The notes under the pieces were generated by a model. That model made no database searches and was not told the DNA's origin. It worked only from the letters and a program-made list of their open reading frames with translations. This document shows positions 60,244-64,000 of a DNA stretch of 64,000 nucleotides, in pieces (position 1 is the first letter of the stretch; each line of letters begins with the position of its first letter). Origin of the DNA: Torpedo marmorata (Eukaryota); contig OZ360241.1 in assembly GCA_977017645.1 (NCBI GenBank), positions 59,024,001 to 59,088,000 on the forward strand, given 5' to 3'. The translations under genes were made by a program, and so were the position numbers.

Positions 60244-60409
60244 GAGGAAAAGGCTGCGGTTGGAAAAGCTAAACATTTCCTGGAAGCAAACATGTACTCT
60301 GCAGATGATCCTTACACCACTGCCCTCTCTGCCTATGCACTGACCCTTCTCCGGAGCAAGCATGCCTCAGTTGCACTGAGAAAACTCAACAACATGGCCA
60401 TCATGCAAG
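60244..60409 (+). CDS. CPAMD8: CPAMD8 exon A27: EEKAAVGKAKHFLE...DPYTTALSAYAL...AIMQ
   Basis: tttag|GAG; CAAG|gtgtgt; 166 nt. Confidence 0.93.
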
Positions 60410-60562
60410 GTGTGTCCAAGCCTGTGCTGCATGGATGTATTCAACCACAACTTAATTTAACATAGTAGGAAATTCAGATGCGTTACTTAGATTCTCCAGC
60501 AAATAAATTCAATACAAGTCACATAAGGAGGTGTAAAACACAAAAGTCTGCAGACACCGTGA

Positions 60563-60897
60563 TTGAAATAAAAACACAATGCTGGTGAAACTCAGCAGGT
60601 CAAACAGTGTACTTATATAACAAAGATAAAGATACATAACCAACGTTTCGGGCTTGAGCCCTTCATCAAGGTATGAGCAAAATGTAGGCAGGTGCTCGAA
60701 CAAAATTATTTTCAAGGCCATAGATGCCAGCTTTCAGGCAAGACCTTGAAACTAATTTTGTTTGGGCGCCTGCCTACACTTTGCTCATATCTTGATGAAG
60801 GGCTCAAGCCTGAAACGTTGGTTATGCATCTTTATCTTTGCTATATAAGTACACTGTTTGACCTGCTGAGTTTCACCAGCGTTGTGTTTTCACTTGA
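60563..60897. repeat. 155-bp-arm fold-back of Penelope pLTR
   Basis: Arms 60563-60717 and 60744-60897, 26-nt loop. Confidence 0.92.
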
Positions 60898-60962
60898 GAG
60901 ATTAGCGCAAGTGATTGAAAGGTTTAAGAAGTGTCTTAAAGGAGGGGAGAAAGGTAGAGATA

Positions 60963-61644
60963 CAATAAAACCCCTGGTATCCAGAATTCAAGCAACCGGC
61001 AGCCTCAAGCAACCAGCAAAAAAAAAAAAAAATTGAGGAAAATAAATTAAAAAATTAAAATAATGAAAATAAAATAATAGGTAAAAACATACAGTTTAAA
61101 ATTGTAAAAGTAAATGTTCTCCGAAGTAACACATAAACGTTTGGTGAAGATGGGAGCAAATATTCAGCCAGCAGAGTGTCTTGGTTATGCTTTGCTCGTA
61201 GCAGCTGTTTGAATAAAGTTAGAATAAAATTGTGATGAAGAGCTGGTTGATGCTGCTCGCCGTTGGGGTGACTCTCTTAAAGTGTCTCCTTATCCCTGCT
61301 TAATTAGAGTCGCCCTGGTCAGAGGCTTTATCTGTAAACTTGGGGGAGGGGGGTTTAATTATATCTAATGTTTGTCTTTTGGGCGGCTCCATGGATGCAG
61401 CGACGGTTAAATGTTTTCAAAAAATGTGACTGAAAATAAAGTAAAATACTTTAAGGTTTATATATTCATGCAAGTGAAGTTTGTTCAGTGTAAGTACAGT
61501 ATAGTATTTTTGTCTTTTAAACTGTTTATTCGTAATGTAGGTGTATTAGTTAGGCATTGTAAAAGTAATTCTCAAGCAACCAGAAAATACACTTATCCAG
61601 CATCTAATAATCCCCATAGGTGCCGGATACCAGGCGTTTTACTG
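60963..61644. mobile_element. Tigger/pogo-like MITE (medium form)
   Basis: TA|caataaaacccctggtatcc ... ggataccaggcgttttactg|TA. Confidence 0.85.
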
Positions 61645-63396
61645 TACTAAGGAGATAATTCAGGAACATGGAGCCAAAGAGCTGAACCCACAGCTGTGAA
61701 TGGTGATGCAATTACAATTGGTGATGTAGAAGAGCTACAATTTGAGAGGCTTAGAGATGTCAGAGGGTTGTTGGAGAGGAGAGATGAGGATGTGGAAGTA
61801 CTTGAAAACAGAGGCATTGCTGAACCAGGGGCAGGTCAGTGAGCACAATCAGATGGGTGAACGGGTCTTGGTGCGAGTTACGACACTGGCAACAAAGTTT
61901 GAGTAATTCCAAATTTGTGGAAAGTAGTCTGGGCAAGGCCAGCCAGAAGAGTTTTGGAATGATCAAGTGTAAAGATAATGGAGGCAAGGAAGAGTGTTCT
62001 GAAACAGGTGAGCTGAGGCAAAGTTGGGCAATATTGCAGAGGGGGAGGAGGTGCAGATATCTGGTCTGCAACTCATCTGAGGGTCAAAGATGACACCAAA
62101 TTTGTTAATAGCCTGGTTCTGTTTTAGATGGATCCTAAGGAGGAATAATGGAGGAACTCAAAGGAAAAATGGAGGAATTGGCAAGAATAATGGAGGAAGT
62201 GGCAAAGGACCAGCCTTGAATGATGATGGTGTTACTCATGATTATCATTCACGTCGTGATTGTCCTGGATTGTTGATGTAAGCTTTATGTGTTGTAATAG
62301 GAAGAGCGAGGAGAGACACCACAAAACAAAATTGTACATTTTTAACATTTATGCAGGAACAGTGGGACTGAGGAGGGGAGATGCTGTGGCCACAGATTTT
62401 GGATAGTAGAGCAAGCTGAGAAAACCTTGGAGTTTGGGTCAATTGTATTTGAGAACAGAGTGACAGATCAATATTTGGTGTTGGAGGGGGGGAGGGGGTG
62501 GTGTCCAGTCAGTAGTTGATGGGATAGGATTTGGATGAGGGTTGTGAGCTGTGAGAGTGAGGGGGCTGGATGAATGTCATTATGAACAGTGAGAGAGAAT
62601 GTCAGGATCCCAAGGGAGACCTGGGCAAAAATGTGATTTAAAGAGGACGTGCTCAAGGTGGGTTCCCAGAAACAAGCTTCACAAACGGGGTCTGCTCAGG
62701 ATAACAATGAAGCAGGCCTCATGAGTGTTCTGGATGAAAATTCTGGTGGTATTGAGATGGGTATTGAGGGTATGTTGCATAAACCTCTGTGAAAGAAAGA
62801 AAATGGTCAACTTTGTGCCGCCTGTAGTCAGCCCCCAGTTTTCTGTTCTCATTGAAACTTATCACATAAATCGTGTCACCCCCAATTTCCGTGCTATCCG
62901 TCATTGACCTGTTACAGATCTTACAATAGGTCAGTGGGGCAGGGTTTATCTGGTTGCTGAAAGTGCAGAAAACCCTCCATGTCTAAAGGCTGCTTGCGAT
63001 GCTGTGACTGAGCGCTGGATAAATTGATAATTAAGATCTTCCCTCTTCCCCGAGCTAATTCAAGAAAACTGAGCTCTGGATTGCTTCAAATGGCTTTAAA
63101 ATGGTAATCATTGGCATAGGCTGGGTCCTGACCCACTAGCTGAAGGTGTGTTCTGCTCATGTGTTTTTAGAATGAATAATCAGCCAAGCCCAGGGAGAAT
63201 CTTACAGCACAGGAGATGCCATTCATTCAGTGTGCCTGTACTGATATCGCCCCAAGCTATTAGACCTCTTCAATTACATGTTTGATTAGCTTTCGAAAGT
63301 ACTTCTGGAATCTGAATCCTCCAACCTTTCAGGAGGGCATCCCAGATCTTAACTGTAATATGTGAGAAAACCTCTCCTTGTTTCCAATCTCATTCT

Positions 63397-63822
63397 GATT
63401 TCAGATTTCAGATTTATTGTCAGAGTACATACATGACATCAAATACAACCCTGAGATTTCTTTTTCCTGCGGGCGCAGCAGAATTACCCCTAATTGGTAG
63501 TGCAAAAATAAACTGTACACAGCGTAAACATGTAAACAAATAAACGAATGTAAACTAACTGTGCACTACAGAGAGAACAAAGAAATTCAATCAATAAAGT
63601 GCACAAGTAAGAGTCCTTAAATGAATCTCTGATTGAGTTTGTTGTTGAGGAGTCTGATGGTGGAGGGGTAGCAGCTGTTCCTGAACCTGGTGGTGCGAGC
63701 CTTGTGGCACCTATACCTCTTTCCTGATGGCAGCAGTGAGAACAGACCGTGTGCTGGGTGGTGTGGGTCTTTGATGATTGCTGCTGATCTCCGACGGCAG
63801 TGTTCCCTGTAGATGTACTCAA
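63397..63822 (-). mobile_element. Rex1/Babar LINE 3' end
   Basis: IIKDPHHPAHGLFSLLPSGKRYR; highly similar to 8212-8640. Confidence 0.88.
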
Positions 63823-63872
63823 TAGTACTCAATTCTGTTATTAGAATGCATTCATTTACCTTCTGAATTTAG

Positions 63873-63959
63873 ATGGGTTCACTCACTGGAGTCTGATGGG
63901 CACCACAGTCACGGATGAGGATACGTTCATGGGTTTCAATGATGGCCTCTCGCAGTCAG
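63873..63959 (+). CDS. CPAMD8: CPAMD8 exon A28: (D)GFTHWSLMG...NDGLSQS
   Basis: tttag|AT; TCAG|gtaagg; 87 nt; THWS motif. Confidence 0.92.
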
Positions 63960-64000
63960 GTAAGGGACACCTTTGCGATACAGCCCCTGCTGTTTAAATC

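Larger units (their letters stand above)
3855..63959 (+). other. CPAMD8: CPAMD8 gene span (partial: 28 internal coding exons, 5' and 3' ends outside window)
   Basis: Spliced translation has A2M-family motifs [57 protein letters not shown], plus the FAMeT-like insert typical of CPAMD8. Colinear with recalled human CPAMD8; all splice phases compatible. Confidence 0.96.

Noticed and set aside
3855-63959. Alternative calls A2M, C3 or CD109
   Set aside because: The FAMeT-like insert, lack of an anaphylatoxin domain and colinearity with CPAMD8 peptides favour CPAMD8.

Overview
Eukaryotic, intron-rich vertebrate DNA. The repeat families (HE1-like V-SINE, Deu-SINE, CR1, Rex1/Babar, Penelope) point to a cartilaginous fish; this is an inference. 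The window holds 28 consecutive internal coding exons of one + strand gene, CPAMD8 (alpha-2-macroglobulin/C3 thioester family). All introns are GT-AG. The exons splice by hand into 3,856 nt (1,285 codons + 1 nt) with consistent phases, running from MG1/MG2 through the furin site, bait-equivalent region and FAMeT-like insert into the thioester (TED) domain. Start and stop codons lie outside the window. Most six-frame ORFs are exon read-through or transposon debris. The introns are dense with often nested mobile elements, many with readable TSDs. Most notable: (i) Penelope pseudo-LTRs carrying a minimal hammerhead-ribozyme motif with a U3 core variant, three sense to the pre-mRNA and one locked inside a 155-bp fold-back; (ii) a 5S rRNA-derived SINE that shares its tail with a CpG-rich ORF-less retro-element; (iii) an STPR-repeat Helitron nested in a hAT element nested in CR1. 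I found no evidence for a wholly new gene system; the novelty candidates are at the RNA and transposon level. Coordinates were counted by eye, and family names come from motif recognition, not database searches.
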